Assembly (NCBI GenBank): GCA_965248755.1
Contig: OZ252149.1
Location: forward strand, 2,336,001 to 2,400,000
DNA from: Candidatus Latescibacterota bacterium
GTDB taxonomy: Bacteria > Latescibacterota > CBDEFO01
Direction: 5' to 3'
Length of the DNA stretch: 64,000 nt
This document shows, piece by piece, positions 1-8,524 of the stretch. The position numbers and the translations under genes were made by a program. The notes beneath the pieces are model-generated. The model made no database searches, had not been told where the DNA came from, and was given only the letters and a program-made list of their open reading frames with translations. Position 1 is the first letter of the stretch. Each line of letters opens with the position of its first letter.

Positions 1-300
1 CGGATATATTACGTTTCAAATGGCTGAGGTTGGGATAGACAAGAGGTTATTTGCCGAAATATTATCCCGGATTGAACGATTGCGATGTTATTCTGTTTAA
101 ACTGCCACATTTTTTTGTGAGTCGATGGAGAGGTGTCTCTAATTGGAGGATTTAAACACAAAGAAAGTGATAATTCAGAGGAAAATACTATTTTAATTGA
201 AAAAAGTACTTGTTGAAAAATGTAAAAGTGGTAATATTAATTCAGAAACAAGAATGTATCGAAATATAATCCCTCATGAATGTGATATGGGGAATGTCGG
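1..300 (+). mobile_element. 3' end of an IS1380-family element, truncated by the window edge; transposase stop at 98-100
   Basis: 1-300 reads as the exact reverse complement of 58241-58540. It ends in the same terminal repeat (ATATGGGGAATGTCGG) and encodes GYITFQMAEVGIDKRLFAEILSRIERLRCYSV*. Confidence 0.95.
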
Positions 301-492
301 TTCTTATGCCTTAACGTCGTTCCTATCGTCCTGCCGCCGCTACGCGAGCATATCGAGGACCTTCCCTTTTTCCTTGTCGATTACTTTATTGAGAAATACA
401 ATCAGGAGTTAGGTGGAAGGGTTAAGGGGGTATCGTCAGAGGTGATGCAGGCATTTTTGTCCTACTCCTGGCCGGGTAAATCCGGGTTATAA
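301..492 (+). pseudogene. Fragment of a sigma-54-dependent (NtrC-like) activator, AAA+ lid region, cut by the IS1380 copy
   Basis: Translation from 301 gives LNVVPIVLPPLREHIEDLP...FIEKYNQELG...MQAFLSYSWPG, matching the RLNVxPIxLPPLRER...YxWPGNxREL signature. A stop follows at 490-492 and 'REL' appears displaced near 507. Confidence 0.8.
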
Positions 493-576
493 TAAATACG
501 GCTTCGCGGGAGTTGCAATAAGGGCCAACTATTACAGGAATCCTGTCGAAGACTCTCTGGTGATGGTGAAGTTTAT

Positions 577-1383
577 TTGAGTGAAAATCCCTTAGACACT
601 ACTATAGAAACTTCCGAATTCCTCAGGGGACAGGGCTTTACGGGGGCGAAAATCGGGGTTGTGTTGGGATCAGGATGGAGAGTCTTTGCGGAGTCTTTCA
701 AGTTCGATCTTTCCATTTCGTACAGCAAGATCCCTCATTTTTGGAACTGCCGTGTCCAGGGCCACGAAGGGATGTTGTACCTGGGTTCAGTTTCGGGTAA
801 AAGGTGCCTAGTTATGTCGGGGAGGGCGCACCTCTATGAGGGTCTCGACTGGGACGAGGTGACTTTTCCGATCAGAGCAATAGGGACTTTGGGTGTGAAG
901 ACTCTTGTAGTTACGAACGCTGCAGGTGGGATAAATAAAGCGTTTCGCGTAGGTGATCTTATGCTTATCTCAGATCACGTGGGGACGTTCATGCTGGAAA
1001 GGAGAAGGCTAAGTTTCCTCAGTTCGGGAGGGGAAAGCTACTGCTCGATGAAACTTCGAAAGAGGGCATACCAAGCGGCACAAAGGCACGGGATCTCGCT
1101 AAAGGAAGGTGTCCTTCTGGGCATGTTGGGCCCTTCTTATGAGACACCAGCTGAACTGGAGATGGCAAGACGGATAGGGGTTGACGCTGTGACGATGTCC
1201 ACTATACCTGAGGTTAAAGCGGCAAAAGAACAGAGTATGGACGCCCTGGGCGTCTCTTTCATATCTAATCTGACCTTTGGAAATCGCCCAGACAGTCTGG
1301 ATCATTCCGGAGTTATAGCGGTTTCTGAAAGATTTAAACAGAAGATGTCGGACTTTCTAACGGGGCTAGTAGATTGCGTATAG
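577..1383 (+). CDS. punA: Purine-nucleoside phosphorylase (PNP/MTAP family)
   Basis: Motifs VVLGSG, GRAHLYEG, VTNAAGGIN, GPSYETPAE, MSTIPE. Confidence 0.9.
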   Translation: MSENPLDTTIETSEFLRGQGFTGAKIGVVLGSGWRVFAESFKFDLSISYSKIPHFWNCRVQGHEGMLYLGSVSGKRCLVMSGRAHLYEGLDWDEVTFPIRAIGTLGVKTLVVTNAAGGINKAFRVGDLMLISDHVGTFMLERRRLSFLSSGGESYCSMKLRKRAYQAAQRHGISLKEGVLLGMLGPSYETPAELEMARRIGVDAVTMSTIPEVKAAKEQSMDALGVSFISNLTFGNRPDSLDHSGVIAVSERFKQKMSDFLTGLVDCV

Positions 1384-1404
1384 CAGATCAACTAAAGGAG
1401 CAAT

Positions 1405-2262
1405 ATGAACTGGTTCGATAAGATAAAAAAGGGGATTAAGACAAGGATAAAGAGGGGGATACCGGAGGATATATGGATTAAGTGCGACGGGTGTGAAAAT
1501 ACGATCTATAGAAAAGACCTTGAGAAAGGGTTCTGGGTCTGTCCGCAGTGCAATTATCACTTTCAGGCGGGTCACGAGGTCTACGTAGAGCTTTTGATGG
1601 ATGAAGGAAGTTTTGAGGACATTAACTCGGAGGTAGGATCTGCAGACCCTTTGAAGTTCAAAGATAATAAGCGCTACACCGACAGGATCAAGGACGGAAG
1701 AGAAAAAACTGGTCTAAAGGCCGCTGTGAGGACGGGGATAGGAACAATAGAGGGTAATAAGACGGCTTTAGGAGTTTTAGATCAGCGGTTCATAATGGGG
1801 AGTCTGGATTCTGCTATGGGGGAAAAGTTGGCAAGGCTGATAGATAGGGCTAAGGTGGAGAAAATACCGTTGATTATCGTATGTCAATCTGGTGGGGCAA
1901 GGATGCAGGAGAGCACTCTTGCGCTTATGCAGATGGCCAAGGTGTGTGCCAAACTGCATCAGTTGTCTGACGAAGGGATACCCTACATTTCCCTATTGAC
2001 AAATCCGACGACAGGAGGCGTATCGGCAAGCTTCGGAATGCTCGGAGACATCATAATAGCCGAACCCAAGTCCCTTATAGGCTTTGCAGGGCCGAGGGTT
2101 ATCATGCAGTCGCTGAATATAGAGGAACTGCCAGAGGGATTCCAGTTGTCGGAGTCTGTGCTTGAACACGGATTCTTAGATATGATAGTGCACAGAGGCA
2201 AGATGAAGGATACTATCGCTAAGTTAATAGAGTTTTTCGATCAGGATAATAGCGGAACTTGA
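1405..2262 (+). CDS. accD: Acetyl-CoA carboxylase carboxyltransferase, beta subunit
   Basis: N-terminal C4 zinc finger (WIKCDGC...CPQC), SGGARMQE, PTTGGVSASF, IGFAGPRVI. RBS AAGGAG. Confidence 0.97.
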   Translation: MNWFDKIKKGIKTRIKRGIPEDIWIKCDGCENTIYRKDLEKGFWVCPQCNYHFQAGHEVYVELLMDEGSFEDINSEVGSADPLKFKDNKRYTDRIKDGREKTGLKAAVRTGIGTIEGNKTALGVLDQRFIMGSLDSAMGEKLARLIDRAKVEKIPLIIVCQSGGARMQESTLALMQMAKVCAKLHQLSDEGIPYISLLTNPTTGGVSASFGMLGDIIIAEPKSLIGFAGPRVIMQSLNIEELPEGFQLSESVLEHGFLDMIVHRGKMKDTIAKLIEFFDQDNSGT

Positions 2263-2272
2263 GCAATAAATC

Positions 2273-2309
2273 TTGACAATATTAAGCTTTTGTCATTATC
2301 TTGATAATG
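2273..2309 (+). promoter_or_regulatory. Putative sigma70 promoter of holB, overlapped by the palindrome CATTATC-TT-GATAATG
   Basis: TTGACA at 2273-2278 and a -10-like TATCTT at 2297-2302. A perfect 7-2-7 inverted repeat lies at 2294-2309. Confidence 0.5.
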
Positions 2310-2340
2310 TTTGAGGACCTAAAAGGTAAATTGAAATAAG

Positions 2341-3420
2341 ATGTCTTTTGATAACGTCATCGGTCAGGACAGAGTAAAAAAGATCTTAAAGAGCGCGCTG
2401 GAGGAGAAAAGGCTTGCGCACGCTCTCCTTTTCTGCGGATCTGAGGGTGTCGGGAAGAGGGCTTTAGCGTTTGAGCTTGCCAAGGCTGTAAATTGTGAGA
2501 CTCTACATTCGGATGCGTGCGACGAGTGTAGATCGTGCAGGAAGGTTGCGTCACTTAATCACCCTGATGTGAAATTCATCCTGCCTTTAACGTCCGATAA
2601 GGATACTGAGCACGAGAGAAAAGCTCTTTTGAGTATGACTCAAGACCCCTACTTTATGGGAGAACAGGGTGGAAACCCCTCTGTGTCGATAGATAGAGTC
2701 AGACAGGTAGAAAGGGACATAAACTACGGTGCGTTTGAGGGAAAAAAGAAGGTGATTGTCATATTAGAGGCGGACAAGATGAAGGCAGAGGCCGCAAGCG
2801 CCCTTCTGAAGACTTTAGAGGAGCCGCGAACGGATGCTCTCTTGATCTTAACCACGTCGAAGCCCGACTCGATGCTGCCTACTGTCCTTTCCAGATGCCA
2901 GAAGTTAAACCTAGAGCTGCTCAGGGATGGAGAAGTTGAAAAAGAGTTGATAGAAAAGATGGGCCTCGACCAGAAACAGGCAAGGTTGGTCTCTTCCATA
3001 GCAGATGGTAGCTTGACAAGGGCAAACCAGTGGGCGTCCGGGAATCTAGATGAGGAACTGAATGCCGCTCTTGACTTTATAAGCACCTCCATTCTCAAAG
3101 ATGAGCTGAAGATTCTGAACATAATAGAAAATTCTGCAGTAAGAGGGGCAAGGGAGAATGTGCAGCGAACCCTAAAGATGATGCTGATCTGGCTAAAGGA
3201 TATCTTTCTCTACAGTCAGGGCTTAAACGATAGAGTGACTAATTTGGGCCGCTTAGAAGATTTAGAAAACCTTTCGAGAGTTCTCCAAATGAACCTTTTA
3301 GAAAGACTCGCTGCCAAGATCGAAGCATCTTTTGAAATGATGTCGCGTAATGTCAATCTACAGCTAATTATGCTGTCGCTCTATAAAGAGATTAGGGACC
3401 TATCGGTAAAGGCCGCATAG
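2341..3420 (+). CDS. holB: DNA polymerase III delta-prime subunit
   Basis: HALLFCGSEGVGK, zinc motif C...CDECRSC, HPDV, ALLKTLEEP, LPTVLSRCQ. Confidence 0.95.
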   Translation: MSFDNVIGQDRVKKILKSALEEKRLAHALLFCGSEGVGKRALAFELAKAVNCETLHSDACDECRSCRKVASLNHPDVKFILPLTSDKDTEHERKALLSMTQDPYFMGEQGGNPSVSIDRVRQVERDINYGAFEGKKKVIVILEADKMKAEAASALLKTLEEPRTDALLILTTSKPDSMLPTVLSRCQKLNLELLRDGEVEKELIEKMGLDQKQARLVSSIADGSLTRANQWASGNLDEELNAALDFISTSILKDELKILNIIENSAVRGARENVQRTLKMMLIWLKDIFLYSQGLNDRVTNLGRLEDLENLSRVLQMNLLERLAAKIEASFEMMSRNVNLQLIMLSLYKEIRDLSVKAA

Positions 3421-3458
3421 TTTTGGATAAAGCGAAAAAACTTGCTTTTGTCTTCTTA

Positions 3459-3514
3459 GTCATTGCGAGGTGCCAAACCCCCACCCCGAAGGAGACGCGA
3501 AGCGGAACCAATCT
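3459..3514. repeat. Degenerate copy of the GTCATTGCGAG...AAGCAATCT palindromic repeat family
   Basis: GTCATTGCGAGG ... GAAGCGGAACCAATCT; same ends as the copies at 19928-19977 and 57650-57702. Confidence 0.6.
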
Positions 3515-3601
3515 TACCTGACTACCGTCTAGTTAATTAGACATTAGATAAACGCTAAGAGATGATCAAAACTGTACTGCTTCCCAGGAAAGCGACACCA
3601 A

Positions 3602-4465
3602 TTAAGCAACCTGGGGTAGTAGATAAAATTGTTTTCTCCACTCTTTTGGGGTCTTATATCCCAGGGATGAATGAAGCCTGTTCTTGTTGTAATTATCGAT
3701 CCACTGAGATATGATCTTCTCAGCCTGTTCAAAGGATTCAAACTTGTGAAGCCAAACACACTCTTGCTTGAGGGTCCTGAAAAAACGCTCTACAACACCG
3801 TTCCAATCGGGTTTACCACTTGGTATGTATTCCTGACGAATTCCCCAATATTCGGTACTGGCCAAATAGGCCCGAGCCAAAAAGATGGAACCATTGTCAG
3901 AGCGCAAAGTGAGACCCTGGGGGACAGCCTCCTTGGAAGTGTATCGAGAGATCACGGCCCGATCCAGGGCATCTGTGGCCTCCAGTGCCCTCCCTTTTCG
4001 ACTAAAACGATACCCAGGAACCTCCCGGCTTCCGTTGTCCACCACCGCAATAAGAGGACACCAACCATCTTTTCCACAGTAAATCTTTGTCAAGTCACTC
4101 GACCACAAACTGTCGGGACTATCCACCACAGAACGCTTCTGGGCAACCTGTGGCCCCTTTCTCCCGGGACGATTCCACAGCTTACACTGCCACCCCTTAA
4201 GCTTCATTATCCTATGAACCTTCTTAACGTTGACACATTCCCCTTCCTTGAAACGAAGATGCGCCCAAACCCGCCTGTGACCAAATGCCTCTTCTTGGTC
4301 CAGTATCCCTCGAATACGAAAAGCAAGCTCCTCATCTATCACAGGCTCTTTAACAGAAGAACTGACACCTCTATCCCTAAACCTATACAGAGTCGAACGA
4401 TGCAAACCCAAAGCCAAAGCTACCACCTTGCGGGAATAGCCTCGACCCAAAAACCGCCCACTCAA
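3602..4465 (-). CDS. IS3-family transposase OrfB (HTH + DDE integrase core)
   Basis: FGHRRVWAHL, KKVHRIMK, WSSDLT, LRSDNGSIF, NGVVERFFRTLKQE, YNKNRLHSSLGYKTP. Confidence 0.95.
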   Translation of the reverse strand: MSGRFLGRGYSRKVVALALGLHRSTLYRFRDRGVSSSVKEPVIDEELAFRIRGILDQEEAFGHRRVWAHLRFKEGECVNVKKVHRIMKLKGWQCKLWNRPGRKGPQVAQKRSVVDSPDSLWSSDLTKIYCGKDGWCPLIAVVDNGSREVPGYRFSRKGRALEATDALDRAVISRYTSKEAVPQGLTLRSDNGSIFLARAYLASTEYWGIRQEYIPSGKPDWNGVVERFFRTLKQECVWLHKFESFEQAEKIISQWIDNYNKNRLHSSLGYKTPKEWRKQFYLLPQVA

Positions 4466-4791
4466 GGCAACCGCTTCGTTTTTTTTAGACGGGCTACCTC
4501 TTCGAGTATCTCCAACTGGAGCGTCAACTGCCCTACCTTGCGCTCCAACCGGCTAACCTCTCGCTCCTTCGGATCCTTGCGACCACGCCGAGACTTCAGA
4601 CTCTCCTGGCCCCCTTCTAAGAAACTATCACGCCAAGCATACGCCTGCGACTGGCTAATTCCATTCTTACGACACACCTCAGATAGATCTGCTCCTCTCA
4701 AAAGAGCCAACACAATCTCTCCCTTACGGGTCGCCGTCCAGCGCTTACCATCTTTCACTTCGGGGCTCGACACCTTGACCTCCCTTCTCAA
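4462..4791 (-). CDS. IS3-family transposase OrfA (HTH + coiled coil)
   Basis: RWTATRKGEIVLALLRG..LSEVCRKNGISQSQAYAWRDSFLEGG followed by a leucine-zipper-like tail. Confidence 0.9.
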   Translation of the reverse strand: MRREVKVSSPEVKDGKRWTATRKGEIVLALLRGADLSEVCRKNGISQSQAYAWRDSFLEGGQESLKSRRGRKDPKEREVSRLERKVGQLTLQLEILEEVARLKKTKRLP

Positions 4792-4866
4792 ACCCCAATT
4801 TGCGAAATATTTGTCGCTCTGTCAAGGGGAGCGGTATGAAACATTTGATGTAAAGAAGGAGGATAC

Positions 4867-4906
4867 GCAAGGGGGACTGACAGTTTGAAACCGTCAGTCC
4901 CTTTGC
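4867..4906. promoter_or_regulatory. Strong hairpin immediately upstream of metG
   Basis: GCAAGGGGGACTGAC pairs with GTCAGTCCCTTTGC; the stem ends 9 nt before the metG ATG. Confidence 0.55.
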
Positions 4907-4915
4907 ATAAGTTTT

Positions 4916-6802
4916 ATGAAAGATAAGTTCTACATAACAGCAGCTATAGACTATACTAACAGCACGCCTCACGTAGGCACGGCTTACGAGAAAATATGCG
5001 CAGATGTGATAGCCCGGTTTAAAAGGCTATTTGGATCTGACGTCTATTTTTTGATGGGACTCGATGAGCACAGTATAAATGTGAAAAAGGAAGCGCTCAA
5101 TGAGGGGCTGGAACCGCAGGCGTACTGCGACCGGATGGCTGGGATCTTCGAGAGGATATGGAAAAGGCTGAATATTTCGTACGACGATTTTATAAGGACC
5201 ACCCAAAAGAGGCATAAAGTAGTAGTCCAGAGGCTATTTCAGCAGATGTACGACAACGGGGATATATATATAGGGGAATATGAAGGGTGGTACTGTGAGT
5301 CGTGCGAGGCGTTCTACACGGATAAGGATCTGGTGGACGGCAAGTGTGCAAATCACAGCACAAAGCCGACCTGGATTCAAGAGAGTAACTATTTTTTCGC
5401 TCTTTCTAAGTATGCAGACAGGATCAAAAGGCATATCCAGGAGAATCCTAATTTCATAGTTCCCGAGACAAGAAAAAACGAGATATTGGGCTTGATAGAA
5501 GGAGGGCTTGAGGACATAAGCGTCTCAAGGTCGTCCCAAGATTGGGGGATCCCGTTTCCCATAGATGAGTCACACGTAGTGTACGTCTGGCCCGAAGCGC
5601 TGATAAATTATATCTCGGCTTTAGGCTACAGGGGAGAAGAAGACGATCTTTTCAAAAAGTACTGGCCTGCAGATGTCCATATTATCGGGAAGGATATAAC
5701 GAGATTCCACTGTGTAATATGGCCCGCTATGTTGATGTCCGCAGGCCTGGAACTCCCAAAGAGCATCTTCGGACACGGTTTTGTTAATTTCGAAGGGGAA
5801 AAGTTGAGCAAGAGCTTGGGGAGAGTGATAGATCCTTTAGAAATGGCGGACCAATTCGGAGCAGATGCTTTGAGGTACTTCCTGATAAGAGAGATCTCGT
5901 TCGGTCAGGACGGAGATTTTTCATCCGATCGTTTTGTGGACAGGTACAATTTCGACCTGGCTAACGATCTGGGCAATCTGGTGAGCAGAACGTTGGCAAT
6001 GGTGGAAAGGTATCTGGACGGTATAGTTCCAGAGGCCGGGAAGCGTTGGGATAGCAGCCTTATGGAGAAGGCAAAGGCTGTGGTGGATGGCGCGGAGAAA
6101 GATTTAAGGTGGCTCAGATTGAATTCTATGCTCGACCGGATATGGGAGTTAGTTAGAGAGGCGAACAGGTTCATCGAGATTAAGGCGCCCTTCAGGCTAG
6201 CCAGGGATGCCGGTAAAAAGGCGGAACTAAAAGCCGTCCTGTACGACCTTTTAGAGTCGATAAGATACATAGCTGTGCTACTGCATCCCGTCATGCCAGA
6301 GCGCTGTGCGATGATATGGCATCAACTTGGGATGGACGAGGATATTTCGGATGTGAAGATAGATAGCCTGAGAATATGGGGAGGAATAAGGTCGGGCGTC
6401 AAGGTGAAGAAAGGTGAGGCGATATTCCCAAGGATAGACAAGGAGAAAGAGATGCCAGATGTCAAGGAAGAGGAGGGTGGAACAATAGATATTTCCGAGT
6501 TTGGGAGAGTGGATTTGAAGGTGGCAAAGATCGAGTCAGCGGAGAAAGTCGAGGGGGCGGATAAGCTCCTAAAGCTCAAAATTGAGCTGGGAGGACAAGA
6601 GAGACAGTTAGTCGCAGGGATTGCCGCGTATTACTCTCCCGATGAATTGGTCGGAAAGAATATCGTTGTAGTTGCGAACTTAAAGCCCGCAAGAATCAGA
6701 GGAGTAACGTCCGAAGGAATGCTCCTGGCGGCTCAGAGCGAAGGTGAGCTTAAGCTGGTGACTGTGGATGGGGAGATCGCGCCAGGGGCTAAGGTGTCCT
6801 AG
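4916..6802 (+). CDS. metG: Methionine--tRNA ligase with C-terminal tRNA-binding OB domain
   Basis: FYITAAIDY..PHVG (HIGH motif), GWYCESCE, KLSKS, DLANDLGNL, C-terminal VANLKPARIRGVTSEGMLL. Confidence 0.97.
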   Translation: MKDKFYITAAIDYTNSTPHVGTAYEKICADVIARFKRLFGSDVYFLMGLDEHSINVKKEALNEGLEPQAYCDRMAGIFERIWKRLNISYDDFIRTTQKRHKVVVQRLFQQMYDNGDIYIGEYEGWYCESCEAFYTDKDLVDGKCANHSTKPTWIQESNYFFALSKYADRIKRHIQENPNFIVPETRKNEILGLIEGGLEDISVSRSSQDWGIPFPIDESHVVYVWPEALINYISALGYRGEEDDLFKKYWPADVHIIGKDITRFHCVIWPAMLMSAGLELPKSIFGHGFVNFEGEKLSKSLGRVIDPLEMADQFGADALRYFLIREISFGQDGDFSSDRFVDRYNFDLANDLGNLVSRTLAMVERYLDGIVPEAGKRWDSSLMEKAKAVVDGAEKDLRWLRLNSMLDRIWELVREANRFIEIKAPFRLARDAGKKAELKAVLYDLLESIRYIAVLLHPVMPERCAMIWHQLGMDEDISDVKIDSLRIWGGIRSGVKVKKGEAIFPRIDKEKEMPDVKEEEGGTIDISEFGRVDLKVAKIESAEKVEGADKLLKLKIELGGQERQLVAGIAAYYSPDELVGKNIVVVANLKPARIRGVTSEGMLLAAQSEGELKLVTVDGEIAPGAKVS

Positions 6803-6822
6803 GAACCTACGGGGAACATTTA

Positions 6823-7599
6823 TTGTTGATCGATACTCATGCCCATTTAGACTATCCCCAATTTGACCAGGACAGGGACGAGGTTATAAGGCGGGCCTTC
6901 GATGCGAAAGTGGGCATAATACTATCCATCGGAACGGATATTGAGTCGAGTAAAAAGACGATAGAGATATCTGAAAGTTATGAGAATGTGTATGCCACTG
7001 CGGGAGTGCATCCTCATAATGCGCAGTACGCAAAGGAGAACTTTATAGAGAGCTTAAGAGAGATAGCAAGCCTCAATAAGGTTGTGGCTTTAGGAGAGAT
7101 AGGACTAGATTTTTATAGAGAATACTCGTCAAGAGACATGCAAATAGATATGTTCAGGAAACAGATCCATCTTGCCATGGATCTGGGACTCCCCATAATC
7201 GTCCACAACAGGAACGCTGATTTAGAGGTTATAACGATATTAAAGGAGGAAGGTGCATCCGAGGTAGGAGGAGTCCTTCACTGTTTTTCGGGGAGTCTGG
7301 ACATGGCATTAAGGGGCGTGGAGATGGATTTCTACGCCTCGTTCGGGGGGGCGATCACTTACAGGAAGTCGAAGGCTTTGAAAGTAGCGACGGGAATGCC
7401 CTTTGACAGGGTCCTCTTTGAGACGGACTGCCCCTATCAGTCACCATCGCGAATCAGAGGAGAAAGAAATGAGCCCTCGTCCGTCCTCTATGTAGCAGAG
7501 AAACTCTCCCGCAAGATGGACTTGAGCTTTGAGGAGGTGGCAAGGAAAACGACAGATAACGCGTTAAGACTCTTCGGACTGGAGGATGACGGAGCATGA
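6823..7599 (+). CDS. tatD: TatD family DNase
   Basis: IDTHAHL, GVHPH, GEIGLD, IVHNR, VLHCF, ETDCP; sits in the usual metG-tatD-rsmA order. Confidence 0.95.
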   Translation: MLIDTHAHLDYPQFDQDRDEVIRRAFDAKVGIILSIGTDIESSKKTIEISESYENVYATAGVHPHNAQYAKENFIESLREIASLNKVVALGEIGLDFYREYSSRDMQIDMFRKQIHLAMDLGLPIIVHNRNADLEVITILKEEGASEVGGVLHCFSGSLDMALRGVEMDFYASFGGAITYRKSKALKVATGMPFDRVLFETDCPYQSPSRIRGERNEPSSVLYVAEKLSRKMDLSFEEVARKTTDNALRLFGLEDDGA

Positions 7600-8441
7600 C
7601 CGTAGCTTTCCGCCCTAAGAAGAGCTTCCGCCCTAAGAAGAGATTAGGTCAGCACTTTCTGGTAAATCGCAGCACCGCCGAAAGGATTGTGGAATCGGTA
7701 GGGGTGTCGTCCGATGATCTGGTGTTAGAGGTGGGACCTGGCAAAGGAGCGCTGACAGGGTTTCTGGTTGAAAAGGGTGGTATCGTGGTGGGCGTGGAGG
7801 TAGATGGGTTCTTGTGTGATCAGTTGAAGAAGACGTTCGCAGACAGAGAAAGTTTTGCGCTTATAGAGACGGATATTTTGACTCTAGATCTACATGAGGT
7901 ATTGACGCGCTTCGGCTGCAAGGGGGCAGTTGTAGTCGGGAATCTGCCCTATAATATCACAAGCCCCCTGCTCTTCAAGTTGATAGAGAATCGAAATCTT
8001 GTAAAGAGGGCGGTTCTAATGGTTCAGAAGGAAGTGGCCAGACGCATGATAGCGGCTGTCGGGGATAAGGCCTACGGAATACTATCCGTCGCTGTGAGAA
8101 TGTGGACCTTACCCAAGTTGCTTTTCAATGTGAGCAAGGGATCATTCAGGCCAAGACCTAAGGTAGATTCCAGTGTGGTCAGATTGGAGTTTATAGGTAG
8201 TCAGGCTGTGGAAGTACAAGATGAGGAATTCTTTTGGGATGTGGTGAGAAAAACGTTCGGACAGCGGAGAAAGATGCTGAAGAATTCTATCCCAGTATCC
8301 TGCAAAGGACTGTCAGAAGATAAACTTTTGAAGGTATCTCAGATTTCACAGCTAGATTTAAAAAGACGACCGGAGAGCCTAAATCTTCAGGAGTTCGCGA
8401 GGCTGAGCTACGCTCTTAAGGAAGTTACTAACTCTCCTTAA
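7596..8441 (+). CDS. rsmA: 16S rRNA m6,2A1518/1519 dimethyltransferase
   Basis: KKRLGQHFL, VLEVGPGKG, GNLPYNI, MVQKEVA, FRPRPKVDS, FGQRRKML. Confidence 0.97.
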   Translation: MTVAFRPKKSFRPKKRLGQHFLVNRSTAERIVESVGVSSDDLVLEVGPGKGALTGFLVEKGGIVVGVEVDGFLCDQLKKTFADRESFALIETDILTLDLHEVLTRFGCKGAVVVGNLPYNITSPLLFKLIENRNLVKRAVLMVQKEVARRMIAAVGDKAYGILSVAVRMWTLPKLLFNVSKGSFRPRPKVDSSVVRLEFIGSQAVEVQDEEFFWDVVRKTFGQRRKMLKNSIPVSCKGLSEDKLLKVSQISQLDLKRRPESLNLQEFARLSYALKEVTNSP

Positions 8442-8524
8442 GTACGCAGTGGATATGGTCCGGCAAGTGCGTATAGGATGGAACGAGAATCAGTTTAAGC
8501 GGGGGAAAAGCGGAATGTATTAGT

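Larger units (their letters stand above)
3573..4838 (-). mobile_element. IS3-family insertion sequence (orfA + orfB) with a 4-bp target duplication AAAC
   Basis: Imperfect terminal IRs TGTACTGCTTCCC..AGCGACA and TGTCGCT..GGGGAGCGGTATG. AAAC flanks at 3569-3572 and 4839-4842. An A8 run near the orfA end (T8 at 4479-4486 on +) precedes orfB in the -1 frame. Confidence 0.85.

Noticed and set aside
197..412. 71-aa ORF
   Set aside because: It straddles the IS1380 end; the real coding remnant (sigma-54 activator) is in another frame.
3671..4888. 405-aa plus-strand ORF
   Set aside because: It is the antisense shadow of the IS3 transposase, has no recognisable motifs and runs across the element boundary.
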